DNA of 63,120 nt, filler included, from Octopus bimaculoides (Eukaryota), in the NCBI RefSeq assembly GCF_001194135.2. It is 8 parts of 8 records of this genome, joined end to end, with 100 filler letters (N's around TTAATTAATTAA, not from the genome) between each part and the next. Parts side by side here need not be neighbours in the genome. Positions count along the whole stretch, not along the records: positions 1 to 15,692 come from NC_068999.1; 7 more parts are not named here. The stretch is one strand, 5' to 3'. Position 1 is the stretch's first letter. Every line of letters starts with the position of its first letter. The notes below the pieces were generated by a model, which had not been told where the DNA came from, made no database searches, and was given only the letters and a program-made list of their open reading frames with translations. The position numbers were made by a program, and so were the translations under genes. This document shows, piece by piece, positions 1 through 13,868 of the stretch.

Positions 1-399
1 ATATATATATATATACATATATATTTCACTGCAATTTCGAATGTTTATGTTTATTTGCGTGATAAAGAGGCAAAGAGATAAAAGAGCGAGTGTACGAGAG
101 AGAGTAACAGAGACATGAGTCAGAGAGAGAGACAGAGAGAGAGAGAAAAAAAGGGAGAGAGAGAGAGGGAGAGGTGGAGGGAGGGAGGGAGAAATATCAG
201 AAGCAGTATTAAAGAAAAGAGACAGAAGAGAGAGTGAGAGATAGAACAGAACGTTAATGAGAGTGTTGAATGCTGTGTATAGAATTGTATACAAGATGTG
301 TGCACTGCCATGGCATGAAAATAGTACCGGTTGATTTGACGTTCTTTAATCTTAGATATATTGCAATGGTAAACAAACCATCACCGCATCCCCCACAAT

Positions 400-442
400 C
401 ACACCACCACCACCACCATAACATACAGCTAGTGATGCTGCT

Positions 443-474
<32 letters not shown>

Positions 475-690
475 CGTGTAACCTAATACCGTGTCGGGCA
501 TTGTATCGTGTGTGTGTGCATGTCTGTCTCTGTGTGTATGTGTGTGTGTGTGTGTGTGTCTCTCCGACGTACATATGATACAATATATATGTGTGTTTGT
601 GTATGTGTGAGTGCGAGCGCACGTGTGTGTTTCTGTGTATGCGTAAATATGTATGAGTACACACACACACACACCTGTGTATGTAGGTAA
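400..690. repeat. Compound microsatellites (CAC)n, (CTA)n, (TG)n, (CA)n
   Basis: Direct reading. Confidence 0.9.
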
Positions 691-3600
691 AATATATTGC
701 TGGGAATTATCCTGATGATTTTTAATATATATATATATTTTTTTTTTTTTGCAGTTGAAGTTAATAGATTTTTCTTTTTTTCTTTTTCTTGTTTAATCCA
801 TGCCTCGTATTTATGCCTCTTGACAATGATAATACATAGCTAATCTAAGCTGCACTTGCAAAATTTTTCAAAACTTTTTCAATTCTCTTTTCTCTGTGTT
901 TCCCTCCTCTGTCATTTTCTTTTCCTGTAAATTTATGGCATGTATATATAAATATAGTATTGTATAATATAATACAATATAGTATAATATAATATAATAT
1001 AATATAATATAATATATAAAAGGGAGAAAAAGAGAGAGCGATATATTTTCTCATTAGTTCTACTGTTGCTTATTATCTGTTTATCAGTACTGTTCTAGCT
1101 GATATATCTTGAAAGTAATCCAACCGTGACCACCCATGTTGCTGCGTTTGGACCACACTGTCCAATCTGAGCTATTTTTAAGACCATAGACTAAGATTCG
1201 AGGAAGGGTGAGGGAGATTTGGTTGCTATTTTCAACAGTGTCCTCGAACACGTCGTTATATCATTATCCTCACCCCGCCACCCGACTTATGGTCAAAGAC
1301 ATTCTTCATAAGACCATATCCTTCATCGTATCACAGTAGAAAGATTTGGTTTGAGGTTAATTTGGTTCTTATTTCCTGCAGAGTGTAGGTGTCATCATAG
1401 AATCAACCACATTTGCTCCAATATAATGTAGGTCAAAATAGGATTAAAATTCTTTCCTTAGCCTTAGGCTCACAGAACTACTTTCCCAGATTCTGTGGCC
1501 TATATTTCTGCCCCCAATCTGTGGACAGGACACCGGTCTGTGGCAGAATCACTCATACTTAATCATTTTTGCCAGTTGTGTGGAGAGTAGCAGCATGGAA
1601 TGAAGGACACAACGCATCGGCCAGTCCAGCAATTGAAACTACAGTGTTATGATCATCAGTGCAACACTCTAACCATTAAGCTACGCGTTTTCACATAATG
1701 TGGGTAAAACGATGGAATTACCATTGCATTTAACAACGAATGTAGGTCGGCTATTAAACAGTTCGCAAAACTTGCGTACAATGCAATGTTATTTCTTGCG
1801 TCGTGAATCGATCTCAAAACACTGAAGTTTCAATTTTATATAATACTGCACTTAATTCAGATTTAAGGTAATTTAGCTGACTTTCAAAGCTGCAAGAGTG
1901 ACCACTACAGATCGCCTTCATCAGTAGGGGTCACTCTGTTGTTAACATTTCGAAAGTTAGTTTTACTTATAGTTTTATATAAACATATTAAGTTGGGAGG
2001 GTACGGGTGAGCGAATTTAGAATTTTTAGCATGCTAAAAATAGCAGCCTAATTCTTTCAAATCAATTTTCTGTATTCAGATAAGCAAAACATAAAGGAAA
2101 GACCCATTGAAATATAAAGTCCTGAATGTACAAAAGTAATGGATCGTCATTACTGGGATCTCAGGAAGTTCTTTCGTCAAAGATAAAGATCTTCTCCAAT
2201 CTGGATACTCCCGGAAATGGGGTGTCAACATTCGTAGATTATAACAAAAGCATAATATAGAACATCAGCAACAACATCAACCATAATAACCAAATAGTAC
2301 GGCAATACCATGATCGGGCCAATATTAAGTTTCCCAAATTTAATAGCGATTTAACGAGACTAACCATTAACGGGGTTAATTTTACCATAGATAAGCACCC
2401 CACCACCTCAAATCACACCTTACATAAAAAATAGCAAATTATATAATGTTATACGAATGTCTTGAAAATGATAAATTAATCAGGCGTCAAACAACTATGA
2501 TAACAAGAATGATTATACTTTAGTTAAGGATTAGAAAGGGGTCAAAACTAAAAAGTTAAGGGTTTATGTGTTCATTGTTCTAACTGATATGAACTGTTGC
2601 ATCAATGGCCTAAGAACTGACAAGGAGAGAAGTTGAGTTCTGTGGAGTTTGATCGTAGGAATTAAAGGGACATAACTAAATACCACAACGCTCTTTTGAG
2701 TCTACCATAATAGGAGTTTCTAATTGTGACACAAGATTTGAAATCATGGGAAGTGGGTGTATATTCCGATATTACCGACATCAGGTATTGACTGGTATTT
2801 TCATTCATCGACTATTTGGACGGGAACTTAAAGAGCTACACAAAATTACTGGAAAGCATTTTTCTTTGACGCGCTAATAAAATAAACTACCGTCCTTCCT
2901 AACACCGTAATCATGATGAAAGTCGTGAGAAGATGTGGTTAAAATATTAAGGAAGACCCTATTTTAAACTTATTTGCAATCGAAATCATGATAGGAAACT
3001 TCTAATCATGCCGAAAAAACATTAATATTAATAGTAATAAAAGAACAAGGAAGATACCAAAGGTTCTTTATTGGCATAAAGGCAATGAATAAGGCTTATG
3101 TAAAATGTGAAATTACAATATAGTAATAATCTGACGAAATTAAATTTTAAAAAAGGGCCTATATAATATAGATATGTGTGTGTACTTGTGTGTGTATATA
3201 TTTATGAATACATATGTGTATGGGACTGTACAGGAGATTGTGAAATCGCGTATGTATGAATATATGCCTGTGTGTGTATGTATATATATAAATATTGAAA
3301 ATATCAATACTAGCAAATGAATGAAGTGTATTCAGCACAGCGACCATGAAGATATTATGTGTCTACTAGAAATAGTAGGAAAACTACCTCTCACATTCTA
3401 TTATTCACCCTCACAACCTGTTTAAAATTTGCAGCCGTGCTACATTAGATAATGTATTCCTCGATACACTATGTTTAAAGAATACGAACATAGTTCTTGC
3501 TTATATGTGGCTAATTATCAACTGCAATATGCAAACAGCAACACTGACCACAAAATCAAGCGTCAGTTCTCTAGGTTTTGCAGGCAAAACCTAGAGCCCT

Positions 3601-4010
3601 GAAGAGTGTCTGCCAATTTAAAATAAGGGTAGAAATATTGCATAGAATGGCTGAGAATATACAGTAGGAACTAAAAAGGGAATGGTCACGAATGGAAGGT
3701 TTTGATATTGAGGATTCCTTAATCAAGCCTGACATAAGGGCTAAATATGAACAACAACAGGTAATAATGACAATGTCTTCCGCTAAACCAAACATGAGAA
3801 TGAATCAGGGATATAAAAAACAAGCTCAACCATAACCAAATCAAGAGTAGATGTGATATTTAATATCAAGTACAAAGCATGTTTCATGTAGTGAGATCGG
3901 CTTATTCGACTGGAGCTTCTTTCAGCCCCTCAAGAATCTTGCCCTGCACATGAGCTCATGTACACTACTTCAGGGGACACAAACAGAGACACAGACACGC
4001 ACACACGCAC

Positions 4011-4041
<31 letters not shown>

Positions 4042-4326
4042 TGCGTGCACTGTAACTGATAGCAGAAACAGCTGTGAGCTAATGAAGTACATAATATAAT
4101 TGTTTATTACTTTGACACACTAATTATACACACACAAACACACACACACATACTAATCAAAGCTTACATATATATGCATATACATGTGTGCGCATACATG
4201 TCTACATAAACATAAACACATACATACACTCATACTTATCTATGTGTGCGTGCGTGTGTATGTGTGTATGAGAATCAGAGATATTAATGTTTATAATGTG
4301 TGTGTATGTATGTATGCATATATGTA

Positions 4327-4361
<35 letters not shown>

Positions 4362-5044
4362 NNNNNNNNNNNNNNNNNNNNNNNNNNNNNNNNNNNNNNN
4401 NNNNNNNNNNNNNNNNNNNNNNNNNNNNNNNNNNNNNNNNNNNNNNNNNNNNNNNNNNNNNNNNNNNNNNNNNNNNNNNNNNNNNNNNNNNNNNNNNNNN
4501 NNNNNNNNNNNNNNNNNNNNNNNNNNNNNNNNNNNNNNNNNNNNNNNNNNNNNNNNNNNNNNNNNNNNNNNNNNNNNNNNNNNNNNNNNNNNNNNNNNNN
4601 NNNNNNNNNNNNNNNNNNNNNNNNNNNNNNNNNNNNNNNNNNNNNNNNNNNNNNNNNNNNNNNNNNNNNNNNNNNNNNNNNNNNNNNNNNNNNNNNNNNN
4701 NNNNNNNNNNNNNNNNNNNNNNNNNNNNNNNNNNNNNNNNNNNNNNNNNNNNNNNNNNNNNNNNNNNNNNNNNNNNNNNNNNNNNNNNNNNNTATATATA
4801 TATATATATATTGTGCATGTGTGTATGTGAATATGTCTATGTCTTTATATTTGCATTGAGATCTGTGTGCATGTATGCATTATCTAGTTTATCTGGTTTA
4901 TCTTAAGGTGTTTGGAGAGACGTTGAGGAAAATTTTGACTATGATTTCTTGCAAGTCAAAACTTTTACGTCTCCTATCCGTGAGCAGACGATGAATATAA
5001 TATGAGGGTGAAAACAAAAAAAATTAATGTAAAAAGAGTAGCCG

Positions 5045-5090
5045 TGGTGGTAGTGGTGGTGGTGATGATGATGATGATGATGATGACGAC

Positions 5091-5121
<31 letters not shown>

Positions 5122-5187
5122 CTAACGACGATGCTGATTGTTGAAGGTGATGATGGTTATGATGTTGTTGATGGTGGTGGTGGTGGC
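5045..5187. repeat. (GGT)n/(GAT)n trinucleotide tract
   Basis: Direct reading. Confidence 0.9.
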
Positions 5188-6711
5188 GGAGCTGATCATA
5201 CTCAAGTTTTAGACATATCGATATATGCTCGTGCATACATAGAAGCGTGTACATATGATCGCACGTGCGTGCGTATATGCATTTCTGTGTATGAGTTTGT
5301 ATGTGTGTATATCTGCGCCTGTGTGTATGTGTGTATGGGTATATTATTGATATCTGTTGAGATAGAAGTCAAAATATCTTCGGATAGAAATTGAAATTAC
5401 AATGAGAAACGAGAGATGNNNNNNNNNNNNNNNNNNNNNNNNNNNNNNNNNNNNNNNNNNNNNNNNNNNNNNNNNNNNNNNNNNNNNNNNNNNNNNNNNN
5501 NNNNNNNNNNNNNNNNNNNNNNNNNNNNNNNNNNNNNNNNNNNNNNNNNNNNNNNNNNNNNNNNNNNNNNNNNNNNNNNNNNNNNNNNNNNNNNNNNNNN
5601 NNNNNNNNNNNNNNNNNNNNNNNNNNNNNNNNNNNNNNNNNNNNNNNNNNNNNNNNNNNNNNNNNNNNNNNNNNNNNNNNNNNNNNNNNNNNNNNNNNNN
5701 NNNNNNNNNNNNNNNNNNNNNNNNNNNNNNNNNNNNNNNNNNNNNNNNNNNNNNNNNNNNNNNNNNNNNNNNNNNNNNNNNNNNNNNNNNNNNNNNNNNN
5801 NNNNNNNNNNNNNNNNNNNNNNNNNNNNNNNNNNNNNNNNNNNNNNNNNNNNNNNNNNNNNNNNNNNNNNNNNNNNNNNNNNNNNNNNNNNNNNNNNNNN
5901 NNNNNNNNNNNNNNNNNNNNNNNNNNNNNNNNNNNNNNNNNNNNNNNNNNNNNNNNNNNNNNNNNNNNNNNNNNNNNNNNNNNNNNNNATATATATATAT
6001 ATGTGTGTGTAAAAGTATGTAAATGTATATGTATATATGTATATATACTCCCTCATTTTTTTATCAGTTTTTGCTTAGTGTCTGCATTTGCGAAAATAAC
6101 ATTTAGATAACATATAGATAGATATCAAAATTATCACACTAGCCTTAACTTAAAGCATTTTACGGTTAACTCACCTAAAGATAAACACCTTGTTCTCTTT
6201 CACTTTTTTTTTTTATATTTCTAGTATTTCATAACATACTTATATACACATTGAAATTCGTACGTACATACATAACTGCAAGCATACATGCATTCATGCA
6301 TACGTGCATGCATACGTGTATATATACACATACACATGCACAAGCATGCACACATACACACCCAGCCGCACAGACATATATGCATACACTTTCGTGTATG
6401 TCTGGGTGGGTGAGTGAGGGTTGTTCATGAATTTTTGTGCATGTATGTATACGTAGATATGCACACAAACACACTCACTCATGCATATATACAGGTATAC
6501 AAATATTTGTGTAGATGCGTCTGTGTATATATATATTTGTATATATATATATATATATATATATNNNNNNNNNNNNNNNNNNNNNNNNNNNNNNNNNNNN
6601 NNNNNNNNNNNNNNNNNNNNNNNNNNNNNNNNNNNNNNNNNNNNNNNNNNNNNNNNNNNNNNNNNNATATATGACTTTCTGTACCCAGATATGCATATAC
6701 TAACATAGTTG

Positions 6712-6763
<52 letters not shown>

Positions 6764-7559
6764 AATATACAGGAGCTTCGCAAGTAGTTCTAAAGTTTTT
6801 AGTTACTGGCCCTGACGTTTTCTGTCGGAATACGTATGTTTCTTAAATTTACTTAGAGGCCCTAGTCCCCCCGCCCTCAGCAACAAAGTCAACAGCAACC
6901 AAACTAACCCTCGAGTTCGTCGTCGTCATCGTCGTCATCATCATCATCATCATCCTGATCGTCAGCATCACTTTTCTTAATATATATCTCTTCGGTGTAG
7001 TGACCAGTGCGTTGGAAACTCAAACGTCCTAGAGTACGACAACAATACTAACTAATATATATACTCACACACAGATCTATATATATATATATATATATAG
7101 ACATGCACATATGAACATATAAATTTAGAGACGCGTAAACACATATATATCTATATATATATGCATATACATATATGCACACACACATATACAGACACAA
7201 ACTCACACACATGAACGTAATTACAAATATGTATATGTAATATGCTACGTGACAATGTATGTAAATATTTGTATGAGAAGTAATACTCATGTTGCTACGT
7301 ACTCGACGACATATATAGACCCAGAAAAAATAAATGGATATCATTGTACGAGTCTGGCCCGAAAGTTTTTTCTCATTAAATATTCTTTACAGACAATGCT
7401 CAAGTAACAACGCATGAGGCCTCTATGGAGTCGCCTCCTGTGCTAGAAATAGCTAGCGAAACTCTGACAAATAATCGATTTTATTATTATAAATGTTCCT
7501 TTTCATAGAGAATTATGTTTTATTTATATAGCTAACTATGTATGTATAAATACATACAC

Positions 7560-7594
<35 letters not shown>

Positions 7595-8392
7595 NNNNNN
7601 NNNNNNNNNNNNNNNNNNNNNNNNNNNNNNNNNNNNNNNNNNNNNNNNNNNNNNNNNNNNNNNNNNNNNNNNNNNNNNNNNNNNNNNNNNNNNNNNNNNN
7701 NNNNNNNNNNNNNNNNNNNNNNNNNNNNNNNNNNNNNNNNNNNNNNNNNNNNNNNNNNNNNNNNNNNNNNNNNNNNNNNNNNNNNNNNNNNNNNNNNNNN
7801 NNNNNNNNNNNNNNNNNNNNNNNNNNNNNNNNNNNNNNNNNNNNNNNNNNNNNNNNNNNNNNNNNNNNNNNNNNNNNNNNNNNNNNNNNNNNNNNNNNNN
7901 NNNNNNNNNNNNNNNNNNNNNNNNNNNNNNNNNNNNNNNNNNNNNNNNNNNNNNNNNNNNNNNNNNNNNNNNNNNNNNNNNNNNNNNNNNNNNNNNNNNN
8001 NNNNNNNNNNNNNNNNNNNNNNNNNNNNNNNNNNNNNNNNNNNNNNNNNNNNNNNNNNNNNNNNNNNNNNNNNNNNNNNNNNNNNNNNNNNNNNNNNNNN
8101 NNNNNNNNNNNNNNNNNNNNNNNNNNNNNNNNNNNNNNNNNNNNNNNNNNNNNNNNNNNNNNNNNNNNNNNNNNNNNNNNNNNNNNNNNNNNNNNNNNNN
8201 NNNNNNNNNNNNNNNNNNNNNNNNNNNNNNNNNNNNNNNNNNNNNNNNNNNNNNNNNNNNNNNNNNNNNNNNNNNNNNNNNNNNNNNNNNNNNNNNNNNN
8301 NNNNNNNNNNNNNNNNNNNNNNNNNNNNNNNNNNNNNNNNNNNNNNNNNNNNNNNNNNNNNNNNNNNNNNNNNNNNNNNNNNNNTATATATA

Positions 8393-8428
<36 letters not shown>

Positions 8429-8444
8429 TTTGTTACTTATGCCT

Positions 8445-8555
8445 GTGTTTGTCCTCCCTCCCCCATCGCTTGAAAACCGATGCTGGTGCGTTTACATCCC
8501 CATAACTTAACAGTTCGACAAAAGAGACCGATTGTACTAGTCTTACAACGAATAA
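8445..8555 (+). mobile_element. SINE family B internal fragment
   Basis: atcgcttgaaaaccgatgctggtgcgtttacatccccataacttaacagttcg matches 26665-26730. Confidence 0.65.
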
Positions 8556-8580
8556 AAGAATACAAAGACACACACGTACA

Positions 8581-8819
8581 TACAAGGAGCTGCTGAAAAG
8601 TTCCTGGCTCTAAGGGCTTCGCGAAAGGCCTGGCTGCAGGTCCTACTTTTTTACAGGACTTAGAGTTTTTTTTACAAGGTTCATAAAAACTTAAGTCCCG
8701 CTCCGCTAAAATAAATGTGTGAATCTGTGAGGGAGATAAGTTGAATAAAACTATAAGTAAGTGATCCTCCTGTATTTTCTTTTATCCAAAGCCAGGAAAT
8801 TTTCAGCACCCCCCTCGTA
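8581..8819. mobile_element. Mariner-derived MITE, 239 bp
   Basis: About 30-bp TIRs: tacaaggagctgctgaaaagttcctggct and the reverse complement of aagccaggaaattttcagcacccccctcgta. TA dinucleotide at both ends, no ORF. Confidence 0.8.
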
Positions 8820-9488
8820 AGATCTACAGGATATACACACATGATCAAGTGTTGATTCTCTTACTCACTGTTAATAAAACTTCCTTCAACCGCATGTTGC
8901 TACTATATTACCTTTACATACATACATATACATCAGTAGTCCCTTTAACTAGTGAAGTAACTTAGGTGTTAACATTACTACAAGAAAAAAAAAACTATGC
9001 TAATACTGGGAATAAATCTCTCAAAATAGAAGAATATTTTTAGGTGATTTGGTATGAAAAGTATTCTATGTTGAAAATAAATGACTGAATACTAAAAGGG
9101 ATGGTCACAGGTGGGATATCATTTGTAATAGCTTATCTTCCAATTAGTGCTGATTAGTCAAATAACAAAGCAACTAGTATATTATCAAACTGACAACACT
9201 CACACACACACACAGACGCGTATATGTATGTATATATGCAAGTAGGCATGTATGTATGTATATATACCTATATGCATATATATATAAAGTCATATAAATA
9301 TTTCTTTTATCTGTGTATAGAAATATACCTATATACCTCTATACCTATATACATAGACATATAAATATGCTTATAACTGGGAGTTTATAAATTTTGCATC
9401 CATATACATATGTTACATGTGTGTGGATATATGTACATATGTACACATACATATACATGTACATATATATACATACACACATATATAC

Positions 9489-9527
<39 letters not shown>

Positions 9528-9843
9528 NNNNNNNNNNNNNNNNNNNNNNNNNNNNNNNNNNNNNNNNNNNNNNNNNNNNNNNNNNNNNNNNNNNNNNNNN
9601 NNNNNNNNNNNNNNNNNNNNNNNNNNNNNNNNNNNNNNNNNNNNNNNNNNNNNNNNNNNNNNNNNNNNNNNNNNNNNNNNNNNNNNNNNNNNNNNNNNNN
9701 NNNNNNNNNNNNNNNNNNNNNNNNNNNNNNNNNNNNNNNNNNNNNNNNNNNNNNNNNNNNNNNNNNNNNNNNNNNNNNNNNNNNNNNNNNNNNNNNNNNN
9801 NNNNNNNNNNNNNNNNNNNNNNNNNNNNNNNNNNNNNNNNNNN

Positions 9844-9932
<89 letters not shown>
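9844..9932. repeat. (TG)n, about 44 units, abutting a gap
   Basis: Direct reading. Confidence 0.95.
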
Positions 9933-9933
<1 letters not shown>

Positions 9934-10482
9934 ACTCTTCTTGTGACATTCTAACCCATCTTTACTTTATCTTCCCCTATCCCTGCACCTTCCTTCTCAC
10001 CTCGTCTCTTCTCTCTTCAAACAGTAAAATAATGCTAAGTGAGGCCAAGTCACTATCGGTGTGGAGGTGTGAGAACACAAACGACAATGGCCTTCTTGTC
10101 CTACTCTGCAACCGGGTACACTCTATATCATGCCATCCCTCTCGCTAATCTTTACGTAGCACAAAAGAATGATAAATACAGACAGATAAATATACACAAA
10201 CGCGCACATCTACACACTCACACATGTACATACATATTTGTACGTGCGTGCGTGAGTGAGTGGGAGAGCGTCAGAGAGAGAGAGAGGGGGAGAGAGAGAG
10301 AGAATAAGTGTAGGTATACACACATTTACACACACACACACACACATACAAACATACATATATATATGCATACATATAGGGGTGTACCTGTATTTATGGA
10401 GATATTTATACACACACACACACGCGAATACACACACAAACACTCACACAGACGTATACAGAAATGCCTGCATATAAATCCT

Positions 10483-10523
<41 letters not shown>

Positions 10524-11721
10524 NNNNNNNNNNNNNNNNNNNNNNNNNNNNNNNNNNNNNNNNNNNNNNNNNNNNNNNNNNNNNNNNNNNNNNNNNNNNN
10601 NNNNNNNNNNNNNNNNNNNNNNNNNNNNNNNNNNNNNNNNNNNNNNNNNNNNNNNNNNNNNNNNNNNNNNNNNNNNNNNNNNNNNNNNNNNNNNNNNNNN
10701 NNNNNNNNNNNNNNNNNNNNNNNNNNNNNNNNNNNNNNNNNNNNNNNNNNNNNNNNNNNNNNNNNNNNNNNNNNNNNNNNNNNNNNNNNNNNNNNNNNNN
10801 NNNNNNNNNNNNNNNNNNNNNNNNNNNNNNNNNNNNNNNNNNNNNNNNNNNNNNNNNNNNNNNNNNNNNNNNNNNNNNNNNNNNNNNNNNNNNNNNNNNN
10901 NNNNNNNNNNNNNNNNNNNNNNNNNNNNNNNNNNNNNNNNNNNNNNNNNNNNNNNNNNNNNNNNNNNNNNNNNNNNNNNNNNNNNNNNNNNNNNNNNNNN
11001 NNNNNNNNNNNNNNNNNNNNNNNNNNNNNNNNNNNNNNNNNNNNNNNNNNNNNNNNNNNNNNNNNNNNNNNNNNNNNNNNNNNNNNNNNNNNNNNNNNNN
11101 NNNNNNNNNNNNNNNNNNNNNNNNNNNNNNNNNNNNNNNNNNNNNNNNNNNNNNATATATATATATATATATATACAAACACACATTCATGTTTACATAC
11201 ATACGGTCACTGGAATGAGTTTATTGGGGCGTAATTTTAATAACGTACAAGCACATATAAAACGTTCTTGTTTTATGTTTGATTATATGAAATTTCTCAG
11301 GAATTCTTTGGTTAATAAATGCTGAGATTTTGGTTTTACGAATGACTTTCATTTCCTGGTTAGAGCATGTCACTTCTCTAATTATAACACATTTTCTGCT
11401 TGCAAATTTATGGACTCTACTACACACATGCCATAGAGAATACTCGTATCTAAATGTTGTACCTTCGTTGATAAAGCATACTAATAAGAAGACTTCGAAT
11501 TTTGTCCCAACAAACACATAATCTTCATTTCCGTATACAAATTGTGTTCTGCACCAGCAAGCAACTATATCTCAATAATTGACGAGTTTAGTATTACATA
11601 CCTTTGTGCACATAGACACAAAATTCCTACACACATACAGACACCCACGGACACTCACACACAACCGAAGACACACACGCGCGCACAAACACACACACAG
11701 TAACAAGCTCACATACATACA

Positions 11722-11792
<71 letters not shown>

Positions 11793-12320
11793 ATGTATAT
11801 ATACATATTAAAAATTAATAGCTTACTCAGCATTACTTGACACCTTTGGGTCTTATTAACACCATTACCTCTCNNNNNNNNNNNNNNNNNNNNNNNNNNN
11901 NNNNNNNNNNNNNNNNNNNNNNNNNNNNNNNNNNNNNNNNNNNNNNNNNNNNNNNNNNNNNNNNNNNNNNNNNNNNNNNNNNNNNNNNNNNNNNNNNNNN
12001 NNNNNNNNNNNNNNNNNNNNNNNNNNNNNNNNNNNNNNNNNNNNNNNNNNNNNNNNNNNNNNNNNNNNNNNNNNNNNNNNNNNNNNNNNNNNNNNNNNNN
12101 NNNNNNNNNNNNNNNNNNNNNNNNNNNNNNNNNNNNNNNNNNNNNNNNNNNNNNNNNNNNNNNNNNNNNNNNNNNNNNNNNNNNNNNNNNNNNNNNNNNN
12201 NNNNNNNNNNNNNNNNNNNNNNNNNNNNNNNNNNNNNNNNNTATATATACATGTGTGTGTGATGGTGTGTGACTTAGATGCTAGGGTGTGGCACTCCCAC
12301 TCGCAATATCGTGGTTTCAA

Positions 12321-12534
12321 AGGCGGTGAGCTGGCAGAAACGTTAACACGCCGGACGAAATGCTTAACGATATTTCGTTTGTCTTTACGTTCTGAGTTCA
12401 AATTCCGCCGAGGTCGACTTTGGCTTTTATCCTTTCGGGGTCGATAAATTAAGTACCAGTTGCGTATTGCGATTGGTCTAATCGACTGGCCCCTTCCCCC
12501 AAAATTTTTGGCCTTCTGCCTAGATTAGAAAAGA
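12321..12534 (+). mobile_element. tRNA-derived SINE family A, full length
   Basis: A-box-like ggtgagctggcagaaacgttaa, B-box-like gagttcaaattcc, and body gaggtcgacttt..cctttcggggtcgataaattaagtaccag, shared with more than 10 copies in the window. Confidence 0.85.
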
Positions 12535-13163
12535 ATATCGTGGCTTCGATTTCAAGACTGGCGAACAATAAATTTAATTTCGTGTTGCATTAGTCCACCC
12601 CATTGAAAATGGATGGATCTGTCACAGAAACATTGATTTTCTTTACGTGAGACTCAGGTGCAAATGTGATTGAGCGTGATTCTTTATGTATACGTGGTTG
12701 GATCTCCGTCGCTTGGCGCTGAGCGTTTAGCTGGCTGTTCGATAAATTAAATTAAAGCTCCTAGTTTAACGTGTAAATTAACAAGTTCTCTGCAAACACA
12801 TCCACTCTTATTGTCCTTCACTGGCACAGTCAAGGCTGACATAATGTGTGATTAGGTGTAACTTTTGAACAACATGTAAAGTCATGTATTTAGTTTACGT
12901 CTATCCAATTTTAAACGCGATGATGTTGGAGATAATCAAATTTGCCGATTTTGCCAGGACGTGGGTACGATCCAGTGATTGCATGGTTGCAATGCAAACT
13001 TCTTCGCTATTCGGCCCTACTGTACATACATACGTAAATATATACACACACATATAAGACTCACACACGCATGCACGTATACACACACACACACACACAC
13101 ACTATATATATATATATATATATATGATTGTATGCATGTAAGTACTTACATATACAAATGTAC

Positions 13164-13268
<105 letters not shown>

Positions 13269-13808
13269 TGTGTGCTTATATAGACGTTTGTATATGTATA
13301 TATGAGCGTATACACATACACACGCCTGATGACTTGTACATGTCTAACTCCTCTGATTGCCGAATATATATATACAAAGTTACGATAAAGATTTAGGTAG
13401 CTATGTGCTGCGCGTGTGTGTATATATTAGCTCTGAATATCAGTGCGCGTATATAAGATATTACTGCGTGCATGAGCTACCATGATCACTTTACATGTAG
13501 GACCTAAGTTTTTTGTGCCTTTAATATTATTTATACTTTTTCTTTTTCACCCACGAGTTAAAACCTAGTGTTTTTCCACCGGCGAAAAGTTCCATATTTC
13601 TTCATAAATAATTTCAAGACTAGATGTACGTTTTTATTATTTTGATATTTTATTACAGATATTTCTCCCTGTTCACTTATCGCAAACATGTATTGTCATA
13701 CGTATAGATGTGTTTATAAAAAATACTAACGCTTATAAAAAAAAAAAAATATGCGTGCATGCTTAACGCATGCTTAACCTGGAGAATTATGTGTGTGTGT
13801 GTGTGTGT

Positions 13809-13868
<60 letters not shown>

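Noticed and set aside
7393-7500. Acceptor followed by open frame DNAQVTTHEASMESPPVLEIAS
   Set aside because: The sequence overlaps an old SINE-like motif (tgctagaaatagc) and has no donor.
10025-10115. Possible upstream semaphorin exon (good polypyrimidine acceptor, ATG GCC TTC TTG)
   Set aside because: The donor is weak (gtacac), there is no Sema motif such as LYVGA, and it lies in a different linker-bounded block.
12915-13025. CRFC..TIQ*LHGC resembling an RLE zinc knuckle
   Set aside because: It is too short and interrupted, and no flanking motifs are recognisable.
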